Shown: one piece after another, positions 47,111 to 56,883 of the stretch
How positions within the stretch are numbered: the first letter of the stretch is position 1
Layout: every line of letters begins with the position of its first letter
Position numbers and translations under genes: made by a program
NCBI GenBank assembly: GCA_020845935.1
Contig: JADLEV010000046.1
Coordinates: 379-64,378 of the forward strand
Origin: Gammaproteobacteria bacterium
GTDB lineage: Bacteria > Pseudomonadota > Gammaproteobacteria > Ga0077536
Length of the DNA: 64,000 nt
Direction of reading: 5' to 3'
Notes under the pieces: generated by a model
The model's input: only the letters and a program-made list of their open reading frames with translations
What the model was told of the DNA's origin: nothing
Databases searched by the model: none

Positions 47111-48175
47111 ATGATGGCTCCCAAGGCGCGCCAGCCACACCGGCATCACCGCACGCCCGTGCCGTCATGGTGGCGCCTGGTGGGAGTCATTGGTGCGCTG
47201 CTGACGACTTCAGTCGTACAGGCCGAAGACGCCACGTCGTCGGCTCCGGTTGCCGGTTGCGGCACCAGCAACTCCGGGGACGCCGCCTGGCTCGATCGCA
47301 TGCGCGGGAAACTGACCGAAGCGACCTGCACTTCGGCCCGCTGGTTCGATGGTCTGTTCGGCACGCCGCACGATTACGATGCCTACCGCGGTACCTATGG
47401 CAGCTTTTCGGTCGGCACGCTGTGGGATGAGTATGACGGCTTCGATCCGAAAATCCGCTTCAAGGCGCGGCTGCGCCTGCCGCAACTGAATGGGCGCTTG
47501 AATGCCTTCATCGGCCGGGTCGACGAAGACGAGTTCGTGACCGGAACGCTGAATCAGTTCGATACGTTGCCGGATCAGTTCCGCGATCTCAATGACGCGA
47601 AATTGCTGGTCGGCCTCGGCTATTCACGGCCGGGACTGGCCGGTCAGATTGATGTCGATGCCGGCGTCCATGTCGACATTCCACTCGATCCCTACCTGCG
47701 CGCGAACTACCGTCGCGCCTGGGCGCCGGCAACCGATGTCGTGATACGGTTCCGGCAAAGTGCGTTCTGGCAGTATGTCGACGGGGTCGGCACGTCGTCA
47801 AAGGTCGATGTCGACCTGGCGCTTGCCGAGCATCTGTTGCTGCGCACCTCCGGCCTCGCCAAGGTCGCGGAAAAGGTCGATGGCGTGGAATGGAACTCGA
47901 AGCTGACGCTGTATCACGAACTCAGCGCAAAGGATGCACTCGCCTATCAACTTGCCGCTGACGGCGAGACCGGCCGCGCGGTGCCGCTGCGTGATTACGG
48001 CGTGCGCATCATCTATCGCCGCCAGTTCCTGCGCGACTGGCTGATCCTCGAACTGCGCGGCGGGATCGGCTGGCCGCGCGAATTGATCACGGACCAAAGG
48101 GAATTCAATTGGGGGCTCGGCGCGGCGCTGGAGATGCGCTTCGGCGACTGGCCGAGCCTGCGACCGATGCAGTAA
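47111..48175 (+). CDS. Secreted hypothetical protein, possibly outer-membrane beta-barrel
   Basis: ATG at 47111 inside ORF 46676..48175. Signal peptide WRLVGVIGALLTTSVVQA. Alternating hydrophobic pattern over about 330 aa. No assignable family. Confidence 0.45.
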   Translation: MMAPKARQPHRHHRTPVPSWWRLVGVIGALLTTSVVQAEDATSSAPVAGCGTSNSGDAAWLDRMRGKLTEATCTSARWFDGLFGTPHDYDAYRGTYGSFSVGTLWDEYDGFDPKIRFKARLRLPQLNGRLNAFIGRVDEDEFVTGTLNQFDTLPDQFRDLNDAKLLVGLGYSRPGLAGQIDVDAGVHVDIPLDPYLRANYRRAWAPATDVVIRFRQSAFWQYVDGVGTSSKVDVDLALAEHLLLRTSGLAKVAEKVDGVEWNSKLTLYHELSAKDALAYQLAADGETGRAVPLRDYGVRIIYRRQFLRDWLILELRGGIGWPRELITDQREFNWGLGAALEMRFGDWPSLRPMQ

Positions 48176-48187
48176 GGCGGCATCGCC

Positions 48188-50212
48188 TCACGCAATCCGC
48201 GGCGGCCCGTGGATGGGCAGTTCCACCTGGAACACCGTGCCGCGCGGCGCTACCGGGGCAAAATCGATCGCGCCTCCGTGTTTCGCGATGATCTGCCGGC
48301 AAATCGGCAGGCCAAGGCCAGTCCCGCCCGGCTTGGTCGTCTCGAACAGGCCGAAGATATTCACTCCACCGGGGATGCCGCGCCCGGCATCGGCCACCAT
48401 GACCCGCACCTTGTCGCCCTGCAGTTCGGCACCAATCCGGATCGTGCTCCCCGGCACATCACTCGCCTCGATGGCGTTCTTCACCAGATTGTCGAAAACG
48501 CGCTGCAATTGATCGGCATCGGCGCGAATCGTCAGCGCCGCTGGCGGCAGATCGAGGCGCAGCGTCAAGCCCGAAGCGGTAGCCCGGAAAGCCCAGAGAT
48601 CGCAGACCCGCCGCAGCAGGTCCGCGATGTCGACCGGCCGCAGCATCAGGCCTCGGCCCCGAACGAAGTGACTGAGGTCGAGCAGCACCCGATCCATGTG
48701 GGCGACGGCATCGACGATGCGCTGCGCCAAGGGCCGCAACGATGCAGCCCCTTCGTCGCCGGTGCGTTTGATGTCGCGCAGCAGCGTATGCGCCATCAGC
48801 GACAGGCCGCTCAGCGGATTGCCCAGGTCATGGACGATCTGCGCGGTGACCGCGCCAATCGCCGCTTGATGCTGGCGCTCCAAACCTTCCAGCTCCAGTT
48901 CGCGAATGCGCTCGGCGTTGCGCCGGCTGCGGATAAATTCACCGATCTGGTTGCCGATCGCTTCGAGCAGCAGATGCAGGTCGCGGTCCGGCATCACCGC
49001 GAAGCGGCTGAAGAACACCACGACACCGAGCACCTCGCCGCCATGCGCGATGGGGAACGCATGCAACACCCGCAGGCCTGTGCGATCGGCAACGACGCGG
49101 CGCCGGAACTCCGGCTCATGGCGCAATTCGGCGCAGAAGATCGATACACCGCGCTCCCAGACCTTCCCGGGGATGCCACTGCCACGGGAAAAAACCGTTT
49201 CGCGGCTGGTGCGTTCGAATTCCTCGAGGTCGAGCCGCGGGTCATGCCAGGCATGCGCGCGCCGCAATACCGTACCCGCGGGGTCGACCATCCACACCTC
49301 GCCCGCGGCCCAGCCGGTGCCCTCGGCGAGTCTCGGCAACAGCCCGGTCAGCGCTTCATTGACGCTGTGCGCGCCAGCCATCGCCTGGGTCACCGCATAC
49401 TGCATCGCCAGCCGCCGCTCCGCTCGGCGCTGTTCGGTGATGTCGATCGCCATGCCACCAAGCAGAGGCTCACCGTCCACTCCTGCCAGCGGAAACTTCA
49501 GCACCAGCCAATTGCACGGCATGCCGTCGGCATCCGGAACGACTTCGTGGAACTCCTGGGCCTGCTGCTGGTTCAGCACCGTCTGGTCGTGGATCTGCAA
49601 CTGCTCGGCAATCGCCTCGGGCCGCAGGTCGAAATCGGTCTGCCCGCGCAACGCGTCGAGCCGTGTACCAAAGTGCGCTTCGTAGCGACGATTGACATAG
49701 AGGTAGCGGCCACGCCGATCCTTGATGAACGCGATTGCGGGGGCGTGATCCATGAAGGCCGTGAAGCGGGCAGCGACCTCATTGGCGATTCGCGTGGTCG
49801 ATTCCAGATGAGAGATGTCGCGAATGACGACGAGATCGAGCGCTTGTTGGTTCGTGCGCGCAGCAACCGTCAGGATCTCGACCGGGTACTCGGTGCCATC
49901 GCCGCGCCAGGCACGACTGATGGACGTGCCGCTTGCTGGCCGCGCCGCAGCAGCATCGGTAGCCAGCGCGAACTCCGGCAAAAAATCGGTCAGGCGGGCG
50001 CCGACCAGTTCGTGCTCACCGCGAGCGAACAGCTGCAGCGTTGCGGGATTGCAGCTTTGGATACGGCCCTGACCATCGACCGCGAGTACGGCATCGCGGC
50101 TGGTTTCGAACAACAACCGCCAGAAAGCAGCCGCCGGTCCCCCTTCGTCAGCACTTCCAGACTCGGTCGCCCGTCCCGCCCGCCGCGGTCGCTGCTCGTG
50201 TACTTTGCGCAT
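48188..50212 (-). CDS. Multi-PAS/GAF sensor histidine kinase (no receiver domain)
   Basis: Several PAS-like segments (WRLLFETSRDAVLAVDGQGRI...), then a HisKA H-box (IVHDLGNPL) and HATPase_c blocks (NLVKNAIEAS, DAGRGIP, GTGLGL). Start at MRKVHE with GAGGT RBS. Confidence 0.75.
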   Translation of the reverse strand: MRKVHEQRPRRAGRATESGSADEGGPAAAFWRLLFETSRDAVLAVDGQGRIQSCNPATLQLFARGEHELVGARLTDFLPEFALATDAAAARPASGTSISRAWRGDGTEYPVEILTVAARTNQQALDLVVIRDISHLESTTRIANEVAARFTAFMDHAPAIAFIKDRRGRYLYVNRRYEAHFGTRLDALRGQTDFDLRPEAIAEQLQIHDQTVLNQQQAQEFHEVVPDADGMPCNWLVLKFPLAGVDGEPLLGGMAIDITEQRRAERRLAMQYAVTQAMAGAHSVNEALTGLLPRLAEGTGWAAGEVWMVDPAGTVLRRAHAWHDPRLDLEEFERTSRETVFSRGSGIPGKVWERGVSIFCAELRHEPEFRRRVVADRTGLRVLHAFPIAHGGEVLGVVVFFSRFAVMPDRDLHLLLEAIGNQIGEFIRSRRNAERIRELELEGLERQHQAAIGAVTAQIVHDLGNPLSGLSLMAHTLLRDIKRTGDEGAASLRPLAQRIVDAVAHMDRVLLDLSHFVRGRGLMLRPVDIADLLRRVCDLWAFRATASGLTLRLDLPPAALTIRADADQLQRVFDNLVKNAIEASDVPGSTIRIGAELQGDKVRVMVADAGRGIPGGVNIFGLFETTKPGGTGLGLPICRQIIAKHGGAIDFAPVAPRGTVFQVELPIHGPPRIA

Positions 50213-50348
50213 GGACCTCGGTCTTTGCCCCGGCTCTTGCAGGCGATGATGCGCGATGGCCGCGGACAGCGTCAACCAGAGGCAATGACGACACGGTTGA
50301 CGCGGTGACGGCAATCGCTGATAAAGATGGCCCCGGCTGGAATCGACC

Positions 50349-50717
50349 ATGCGCTACTGGTTGTCATTGATATCGTTGACTCTGGTCAGCCTGCCGGCCC
50401 CGGCCGCGCCGACCGGCGCGGATCTCGAACGAGCCTGCAGCGCGGCGCTGCGGGACGGTTTCAGCACCGGACCCGGTCTGGCGTGCCTTTGGTACGGTAC
50501 CCCCTGTGCGTGCGACAAGTCCGCATCCCTGACTGCACGCCCGCAGAGCTGCCCACCCCCAAACCTCGACGAGAGGATCCGCGCGCAGGTGCTCATCGAT
50601 GGCTTTGCCGCACGCCCGGAGTTACGCGAATCGCCAGTGGAAGATGCCGTGGCGACGCTTTTTGCCGAGCGCTTTCCGTGCACCGAGAGCACCGCGAAAC
50701 CGCAGCCGCCGGAATAG
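50349..50717 (+). CDS. Small secreted Cys-rich protein (7 Cys), hypothetical
   Basis: Signal peptide MRYWLSLISLTLVSLPAPAAP. CxxC-like PCAC motif. High-GC codon usage. Confidence 0.45.
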   Translation: MRYWLSLISLTLVSLPAPAAPTGADLERACSAALRDGFSTGPGLACLWYGTPCACDKSASLTARPQSCPPPNLDERIRAQVLIDGFAARPELRESPVEDAVATLFAERFPCTESTAKPQPPE

Positions 50718-50809
50718 TCCGCCTCGACGCCTGCGTGCTATTCTTCGCCCGCTTTGCAGGCTGTTGTAATGCCGTCTCGGCGAGCCCAGACAACCACAGG
50801 AGACGACCC

Positions 50810-52555
50810 GTGCCCAGCACCCTCCACACCTCGACCCTAATCTGCTGCCTTAATCTGGCAGCCCTGCCGGCCGTGTTCGCGGCCGGCTCCACCGATTCCT
50901 TTCCTCCGGTCACCCAGAAGGTACTCGAGAATCCTGCTCCGGGAGATTGGCTGATGTTCAGCCGTACCTACGATGGCCAACGCTTCAGCCCGCTGGAGCA
51001 AATCAACCGCAAGACCGTCAAGGACCTCGCGGTCGCCTGGGACCAGGAATTGCCCGCGGGTCAGATGTACGGCATCCCGTTGGCCTATCGTGGCGTGCTC
51101 TATGTCCTCGCACCCGGCGACGTGCTGCTCGCGCTGGACGGCGCAACCGGCAAACAGATCTGGCGTTACGAACACGAAGAAACCGCGGCGCAGAAACAAG
51201 GGTCGCGAGCGAAGACCATTGCGATGTACGAGGACCTGCTGTTCATGGCGACCGGTGACAACCACATCACCGCGGTCGACATGCAAACCGGCAAATTGCG
51301 CTGGAAAACCGCCGTCACCGGCGGCGGCTCGCAGACCGCCGGGGTCATCGCGGTCAAGGGCATCGTGTTGTCCGGGCGCGCCTGCCTGCAAACGCGGGAT
51401 AGTTGCTTCACCGCGGCGCACGACGCCAAGACCGGCAAAGAGCTCTGGCGCTTTCATCATGTCCCCGCCATGGGCGAGCCGGGGAGCGAGACCTGGGGCG
51501 AATCCCCGGATCACGAGAAGAACATGGCATCAACCTGGGGCCTGCCCGGATCCTACGATCCGAAACGCAACCTCGTGCTGTGGGGCATCGCCAATCCGAT
51601 GCCGAACACGCGCATGGATCGGCACGGCGGCAATTACGCCGGCACGGCGTTCACAGCACCGGCCGATCTCTACAGCAACTCGACGGTCGCGCTCGAACTG
51701 GAGACGGGCAAGGTCAAGTGGTACTACCAGCATCTGCCGGGCGACGACTGGGATGAGGATTACACCAATGATCGCACGCTGGTCCGGACCAAGATCAACC
51801 CCGATCCGAAGAAGGTGAAATGGATCAACGAGGCAGCCCGCGGCAAGGAGTTCGATGTCTCGGTGATGATTGGCGAGGGCGGCGGCGTGTTCGTGATCGA
51901 TCGCGACAGCGGCGGCTTTCTCTGGGCCCATCCGTATCCCTTCGAAACCGAGCGTTTCCTGATCTCCGATATCGATCCGAAGACCGGCAAGACGTCCATC
52001 AACCGCAAGCTGCTGCTGGAAAAGCCGGGCGACCAACGCCTCGTCTGCTACTGGAACACCCGCAGCTTCTGGCCGACCGCTTACAGCCCGCGGACCAACT
52101 CGCTGTATGCGACCTACATCGACAATTGCCTCGACATGACGGCCAAGAGCGATCAGGCGCGTGAACGGCGGGTCGGAGCGTTCCGGCCGGAAGGTGATCC
52201 GCAGAAAACCTCGGGGCTGGCGAAAATCAACCTCGAAACCGGCGACATCATGCACTTCAATCAGTCGCGCGTTCCGACGGCCGGGAGCATGTTGGCAACC
52301 GCCGGCGGCATCGTGTTCAACGGTGATGTCGGCAGCCACTTCCGGGCGTTCAATGACGAGACCGGTGAGGTGCTGTGGGATACCAAGGTCGGTGGTCCGA
52401 TTTCCGTCAGCACCATCACCTATGCCGCCGGAGGCAAACAGTACGTCGCGATCCAGACCGGTGACACGATGGCTTCCGGCAGTTTGACGCGGCAATCCGG
52501 CACCGAGGCGCCGCGCGGTTTCAACCACCTCTACGTATTCGCCCTGCCGAAGTAA
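50810..52555 (+). CDS. PQQ-dependent dehydrogenase, methanol/ethanol family (divergent clade lacking the vicinal Cys-Cys)
   Basis: GTG at 50810 with AGGAGA RBS. Signal peptide. FSPLEQINRKTVKDL matches MxaF/ExaA YSPLDQINRxNV. AHDAKTGKELWR block. DDWDEDY near the expected catalytic Asp. Confidence 0.7.
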   Translation: MPSTLHTSTLICCLNLAALPAVFAAGSTDSFPPVTQKVLENPAPGDWLMFSRTYDGQRFSPLEQINRKTVKDLAVAWDQELPAGQMYGIPLAYRGVLYVLAPGDVLLALDGATGKQIWRYEHEETAAQKQGSRAKTIAMYEDLLFMATGDNHITAVDMQTGKLRWKTAVTGGGSQTAGVIAVKGIVLSGRACLQTRDSCFTAAHDAKTGKELWRFHHVPAMGEPGSETWGESPDHEKNMASTWGLPGSYDPKRNLVLWGIANPMPNTRMDRHGGNYAGTAFTAPADLYSNSTVALELETGKVKWYYQHLPGDDWDEDYTNDRTLVRTKINPDPKKVKWINEAARGKEFDVSVMIGEGGGVFVIDRDSGGFLWAHPYPFETERFLISDIDPKTGKTSINRKLLLEKPGDQRLVCYWNTRSFWPTAYSPRTNSLYATYIDNCLDMTAKSDQARERRVGAFRPEGDPQKTSGLAKINLETGDIMHFNQSRVPTAGSMLATAGGIVFNGDVGSHFRAFNDETGEVLWDTKVGGPISVSTITYAAGGKQYVAIQTGDTMASGSLTRQSGTEAPRGFNHLYVFALPK

Positions 52556-52578
52556 CCGCAGGCGTCTGTTCGACCACT

Positions 52579-52606
52579 CCGGGGTAGCCGTTCGCGGCTG
52601 CCCCGG
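52579..52606. terminator. Strong hairpin (11-bp stem, 1 mismatch) between convergent PQQ-DH and lpxC; possible bidirectional terminator
   Basis: CCGGGGTAGCC-gttcgc-GGCTGCCCCGG. No T-run. Confidence 0.4.
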
Positions 52607-52631
52607 ATGGCGCCGGTGGCGACCCCGCCGA

Positions 52632-53555
52632 TCAGGTCGTGCCGAATCCCAGCGCTTGCAGGAACCCCGCCGGCACGTCCCGCTCGTCGACAAAGGTAAC
52701 GCGTTCCCACGCTTCCTTGTTTGCCAACAGAGTACGGATCAACCGGGTATTCAGCGTGTGGCCTGACTTGTGCCCGCTGAAGGCACCAATGACCGGGGCA
52801 CCCAGCAGGTACAGGTCACCGATGGCATCGAGGATCTTGTGCTTGACGAACTCGTCCTCGTAACGCAACCCGTCCTCGTTCAGCACACGATAATCGTCCA
52901 CCACCACAGCATTATCCAGGCTGCCGCCCAAGGCCAGATTGCGCGAGCGTAGCGCCTCGACCTCGCGCATGAAACCGAATGTCCGCGCGCGGCAGACTTC
53001 CTTGACGAATGACGTCGTCGAAAAATCCAGCATGGCACGGCGCGTGTGCGCGGCGAAGCACGGGTGATCGAACTCGATCGAGAATCCGACCTGAAAGCCA
53101 TCACACGGCTCCAGCCGTACCCATTTGTCACCATCCCGGATTTCGATCGCCTGCTTGACCCGAACGAATCGCTTAGGCTTCTCCTGCTCCTCGATGCCCG
53201 CTGACTGCAGCAGAAACACGAACGGGCCGGAACTGCCGTCCATGATCGGCACTTCATCCGAGCTGATATCGACGACCGCGTTGTCGATGCCGAGCCCGGC
53301 GAATGCAGCGAGCAGATGTTCGACGGTGGCGATGCGCACTCCGCCACGCGCCAAGGTCGTCGACAGATTGGTATCACCGACGTGTTCGATGCGGGCCGGA
53401 ATGGCAACTGGATGCCGCAGGTCGACGCGGCGAAAGACGATTCCCGCGTCTGCCGCCGCGGGCCGCAAGGTCAGCAATACCTTTTTCCCGGTGTGCAGAC
53501 CAACACCAGTGGCGCTGATGACGTTTCGCAGCGTTCGCTGTCGCAATCTATGCAT
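52632..53555 (-). CDS. lpxC: UDP-3-O-acyl-N-acetylglucosamine deacetylase
   Basis: [33 protein letters not shown]... aligns residue-for-residue with E. coli LpxC. Start at MHRL inside the longer ORF. Confidence 0.9.
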   Translation of the reverse strand: MHRLRQRTLRNVISATGVGLHTGKKVLLTLRPAAADAGIVFRRVDLRHPVAIPARIEHVGDTNLSTTLARGGVRIATVEHLLAAFAGLGIDNAVVDISSDEVPIMDGSSGPFVFLLQSAGIEEQEKPKRFVRVKQAIEIRDGDKWVRLEPCDGFQVGFSIEFDHPCFAAHTRRAMLDFSTTSFVKEVCRARTFGFMREVEALRSRNLALGGSLDNAVVVDDYRVLNEDGLRYEDEFVKHKILDAIGDLYLLGAPVIGAFSGHKSGHTLNTRLIRTLLANKEAWERVTFVDERDVPAGFLQALGFGTT

Positions 53556-53666
53556 CGAAGCTTGTCCCTGCCGGCACCTCGGCCGATCGCTCAAGTGCCC
53601 TGTAACGATTGAATTCCGATTCCGATGACGACGCAATGACAACAAGAAACCTTAGTCGCTTGCTCC

Positions 53667-54806
53667 TCAATCCGCCTGCCTGCGCAGGAACGCCGGAATG
53701 TCGAGATAATCCGGGTTGCCAGCAGCCTCATCGTGAGCCGTCTGTGGGTGCTGATTGCGAATCACGGTCGGACGTTCCAGATCACGGTAGTTGACCTCGG
53801 CAACCGCCGCCGGTTTGACCAGCTTGACCAATTCCTCGCGGCTCTTTGGCTCGTTGCCGATGCCGGTCGCGACCACGGTCACCTTGACCGAGTCGGTCAT
53901 GTCGGGATCGATCACGGTACCAATCACGACGGTGGCATTGTCCGAAGCGAACGATTTCACGGTCGTGCCGATTTCCTCGAAGTTGCCCATGGTCAGGTCC
54001 ATGCCGGCCGTGACATTGACCAGGATGCCGCGCGCCCCGGACAAATCGATATCTTCGAGCAGTGGCGACCGAATCGCCTCTTCCGCCGCGAGCCGCGCGC
54101 AATCGCGACCCTTGGCGAAGCCGGTGCCCATCATCGCCATGCCCATCTCGGACATCACGGTACGGACGTCAGCGAAATCGACATTGATGAGGCCAGGCCG
54201 CGTGATCAGATCGGCGATGCCCTGCACCGCACCCAACAGCACGTTATTGGCCGCCTTGAACGCATCGAGCAGCGAGATGTCGCGCCCAAGTACGGTCAGC
54301 AGCTTTTCGTTCGGGATGGTAATCAGCGAATCGACAATCTGGCCGAGTTCGCGAATTCCTTCGCCGGCGACATTGGCCCGCTTCTGCCCCTCGAACGGAA
54401 ACGGTCGCGTGACCACGGCGACAGTCAGGATCCCCATCTCCTTCGCGATCTGCGCGAATACCGGCGCCGCGCCGGTGCCGGTGCCGCCGCCCATGCCCGC
54501 GGTCAGGAAGACCATGTCGGCACCGGAGAGGACGTCGCGGATCCGATCGCGATCCTCGAGCGCCGCCTGCCGGCCGATCTCCGGATTGGCTCCGGCACCA
54601 AGCCCCTTGGTGATGTCGCCACCGAGTTGCAGCGCGGTCTTCACCGCGGACTTGCGTAACACCTGGGCATCGGTGTTGGCGCAGATGAAATCGACTCCCT
54701 CGATTCCGGCTTCGAGCATGTACTGAACCGCGTTACCCCCACCGCCCCCGATACCAATGACTTTGATCACTGCCGTCTGACTGTAGCCTTCCATCAGTTC
54801 AAACAT
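53667..54806 (-). CDS. ftsZ: Cell division protein FtsZ
   Basis: VIGIGGGGGNAV and GGGTGTGAAP tubulin signature. Confidence 0.95.
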   Translation of the reverse strand: MFELMEGYSQTAVIKVIGIGGGGGNAVQYMLEAGIEGVDFICANTDAQVLRKSAVKTALQLGGDITKGLGAGANPEIGRQAALEDRDRIRDVLSGADMVFLTAGMGGGTGTGAAPVFAQIAKEMGILTVAVVTRPFPFEGQKRANVAGEGIRELGQIVDSLITIPNEKLLTVLGRDISLLDAFKAANNVLLGAVQGIADLITRPGLINVDFADVRTVMSEMGMAMMGTGFAKGRDCARLAAEEAIRSPLLEDIDLSGARGILVNVTAGMDLTMGNFEEIGTTVKSFASDNATVVIGTVIDPDMTDSVKVTVVATGIGNEPKSREELVKLVKPAAVAEVNYRDLERPTVIRNQHPQTAHDEAAGNPDYLDIPAFLRRQAD

Positions 54807-54842
54807 GTCGTTTTCTCCTCAGCGAGTTGCAGATTAGAACAA

Positions 54843-56081
54843 TTAAACCGTTTTTTGAAACCAGTTCTTCATCCGGTTCCACAAATTACCGAACCCATTG
54901 CCAACCGGCCGCGCGCGTGCCGCATCGATCCCGGTTTCCTTCAAACCGAACAACAGCAAACCAACGCCGGTCGCATATACGGGATTGCGCACGACATCGA
55001 TCAGGCCGGTCACGTACTGCGGCACCGCGACGCGCACCGGCATATGAAAGACTTCCTCGGCGAGTTCGACCACGCCCTCCATCTTCGCGCCGCCGCCGGT
55101 CAGCACGATGCCGGCGGCGACGAGTTCCTCGAAGCCGCTGCGCTTGAGTTCCGTTTGAATCAGCGTGAACAGTTCTTCGTAGCGCGGTTCGACGACCTCG
55201 GCCAGGGTCTGCCGCACCAGACGTCGCGGCGGCCGCTCGCCGACGCTCGGCACTTCGATGTTCTCATCGGCATTGGCGAGTTGCGTCAAGGCGCAGGCAT
55301 AGCGCAGTTTGATGTCCTCGGCATGGTGCTTCGGCGTGCGCAACGCGACCGCGATGTCATTGGTCACCTGATCCCCGGCAATCGGGATCACCGCAGAGTG
55401 GCGGATCGCGCCATGCACGAACACCGCGAGATCGGTCGTGCCGCCGCCGATGTCACACAGGCAGACGCCCAGCTCTTTTTCGTCCTCGGTCAATACCGCA
55501 TAGGACGAGGCCAACTGCTGCAGAATCACGTCGTCCACTTCCAGCCCGCAGCGACGCACGCACTTGATGATGTTCTGCGCGGCGCTGACGGCGCCGGTCA
55601 CCATGTGGACCTTGGCTTCCAGCCGCACGCCGGACATGCCGATCGGTTCGCGGATGTCCTCCTGGTTATCGATAATGAATTCCTGCGGCAGGATATGCAG
55701 GATCTTCTGGTCGGCCGGAATCGCGACCGCCCGCGCCGCATCGATCACGCGATCGACGTCGGCCTGGCTGACCTCGTTGTCGCGAATGGCGACGATGCCG
55801 TGCGAATTGATGCTGCGGATGTGACTGCCCGCGATCCCCGCGTAGACCGAATGGATCTCGCAGCCGGCCATCAATTCCGCTTCCTCGATCGCGCGCTGGA
55901 TCGATTGCACCGTCGATTCGATGTTGACGACGACGCCCTTCTTCAGGCCGCGGGACGGGTGCGAGCCGATGCCGATCACCTCGATCGTGCCCTCCGCCGA
56001 CACCTCACCGACGATTGCGGCGACCTTGGAAGTGCCGATATCGAGGCCCACGATCAGTTTCTTGTCCGCCCTTCTTGCCAT
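54843..56081 (-). CDS. ftsA: Cell division protein FtsA
   Basis: MARRADKKLIVGLDIGTSKV actin-like N-terminus. Start is inside the longer ORF. Coordinates from the ORF-track frame, +/-1. Confidence 0.85.
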   Translation of the reverse strand: MARRADKKLIVGLDIGTSKVAAIVGEVSAEGTIEVIGIGSHPSRGLKKGVVVNIESTVQSIQRAIEEAELMAGCEIHSVYAGIAGSHIRSINSHGIVAIRDNEVSQADVDRVIDAARAVAIPADQKILHILPQEFIIDNQEDIREPIGMSGVRLEAKVHMVTGAVSAAQNIIKCVRRCGLEVDDVILQQLASSYAVLTEDEKELGVCLCDIGGGTTDLAVFVHGAIRHSAVIPIAGDQVTNDIAVALRTPKHHAEDIKLRYACALTQLANADENIEVPSVGERPPRRLVRQTLAEVVEPRYEELFTLIQTELKRSGFEELVAAGIVLTGGGAKMEGVVELAEEVFHMPVRVAVPQYVTGLIDVVRNPVYATGVGLLLFGLKETGIDAARARPVGNGFGNLWNRMKNWFQKTV

Positions 56082-56094
56082 CAGGCGCTCCTCC

Positions 56095-56883
56095 TCATTG
56101 GATATTCGTCCGCCGGCGTACCGCAAAGCCATTGGCATAACGAAGGTCAATTGCCGCGACATTCGGCCAGTCGGCCGCCAGATCACCGCGCAGCGCCGCG
56201 AGCAAACGCTGCGCGCGCCGTTCGACTGCAGTGCGGCCCAAGACAATGCTCGTACCCTCGCCGGTCGCGGCGGTCCACGACCCGCGTTCGGAGAGGCTCA
56301 ACTCGGCAATCGTCACACCCGACTCCACCAGCAACCGCGACAACGTGCGATACATCGCCAAGACCTCACCCTCGGCACCGGAAGGTCCCGCCAGGCGCAC
56401 GCGCGGCAGGTTCACGACCTCAAGCCGGAGCGGACGAAACACCACGCCCTCGCCATTCAACAGCGCCTCGTCACCCCAGCGCGCCAGCGCGTCCTGTTCG
56501 ACGATGGTCACTTGCAGCCCGGTCGGCCAGATCCGTTGAATCGCCGCCTGTTTCACCCACGGCTCACGCAACAACCGCTGCCGGATCGCCGCGACATCAA
56601 CCGCAAAAAAGCCGCCATCGATCGCCTCCTGCACCAGCGTCCGGATCGCATCCGGCCGCAACTGCCGGAATTGCCCGGACACCTTGATCTCACGGATCGG
56701 CAGCGTTGCCGGCGCGACCAGCCAGCGTATCCCCCAGGCCGCGGCCGCCAGCAGCACCCGCGCACCAAGACCGAGCAGCAGCACCGGCAACCGCGCAGCT
56801 TCGGGCGCATCTTCCGAGACCTGGCGCACGGCATGGCTGGATGCCCGCCGCCAGGGAGGGAACAGAACGGTCGAGCTAGCCAA
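56095..56883 (-). CDS. ftsQ: Cell division protein FtsQ
   Basis: Single TM helix and a POTRA-like region. Position between ddl and ftsA. Confidence 0.8.
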   Translation of the reverse strand: MASSTVLFPPWRRASSHAVRQVSEDAPEAARLPVLLLGLGARVLLAAAAWGIRWLVAPATLPIREIKVSGQFRQLRPDAIRTLVQEAIDGGFFAVDVAAIRQRLLREPWVKQAAIQRIWPTGLQVTIVEQDALARWGDEALLNGEGVVFRPLRLEVVNLPRVRLAGPSGAEGEVLAMYRTLSRLLVESGVTIAELSLSERGSWTAATGEGTSIVLGRTAVERRAQRLLAALRGDLAADWPNVAAIDLRYANGFAVRRRTNIQ

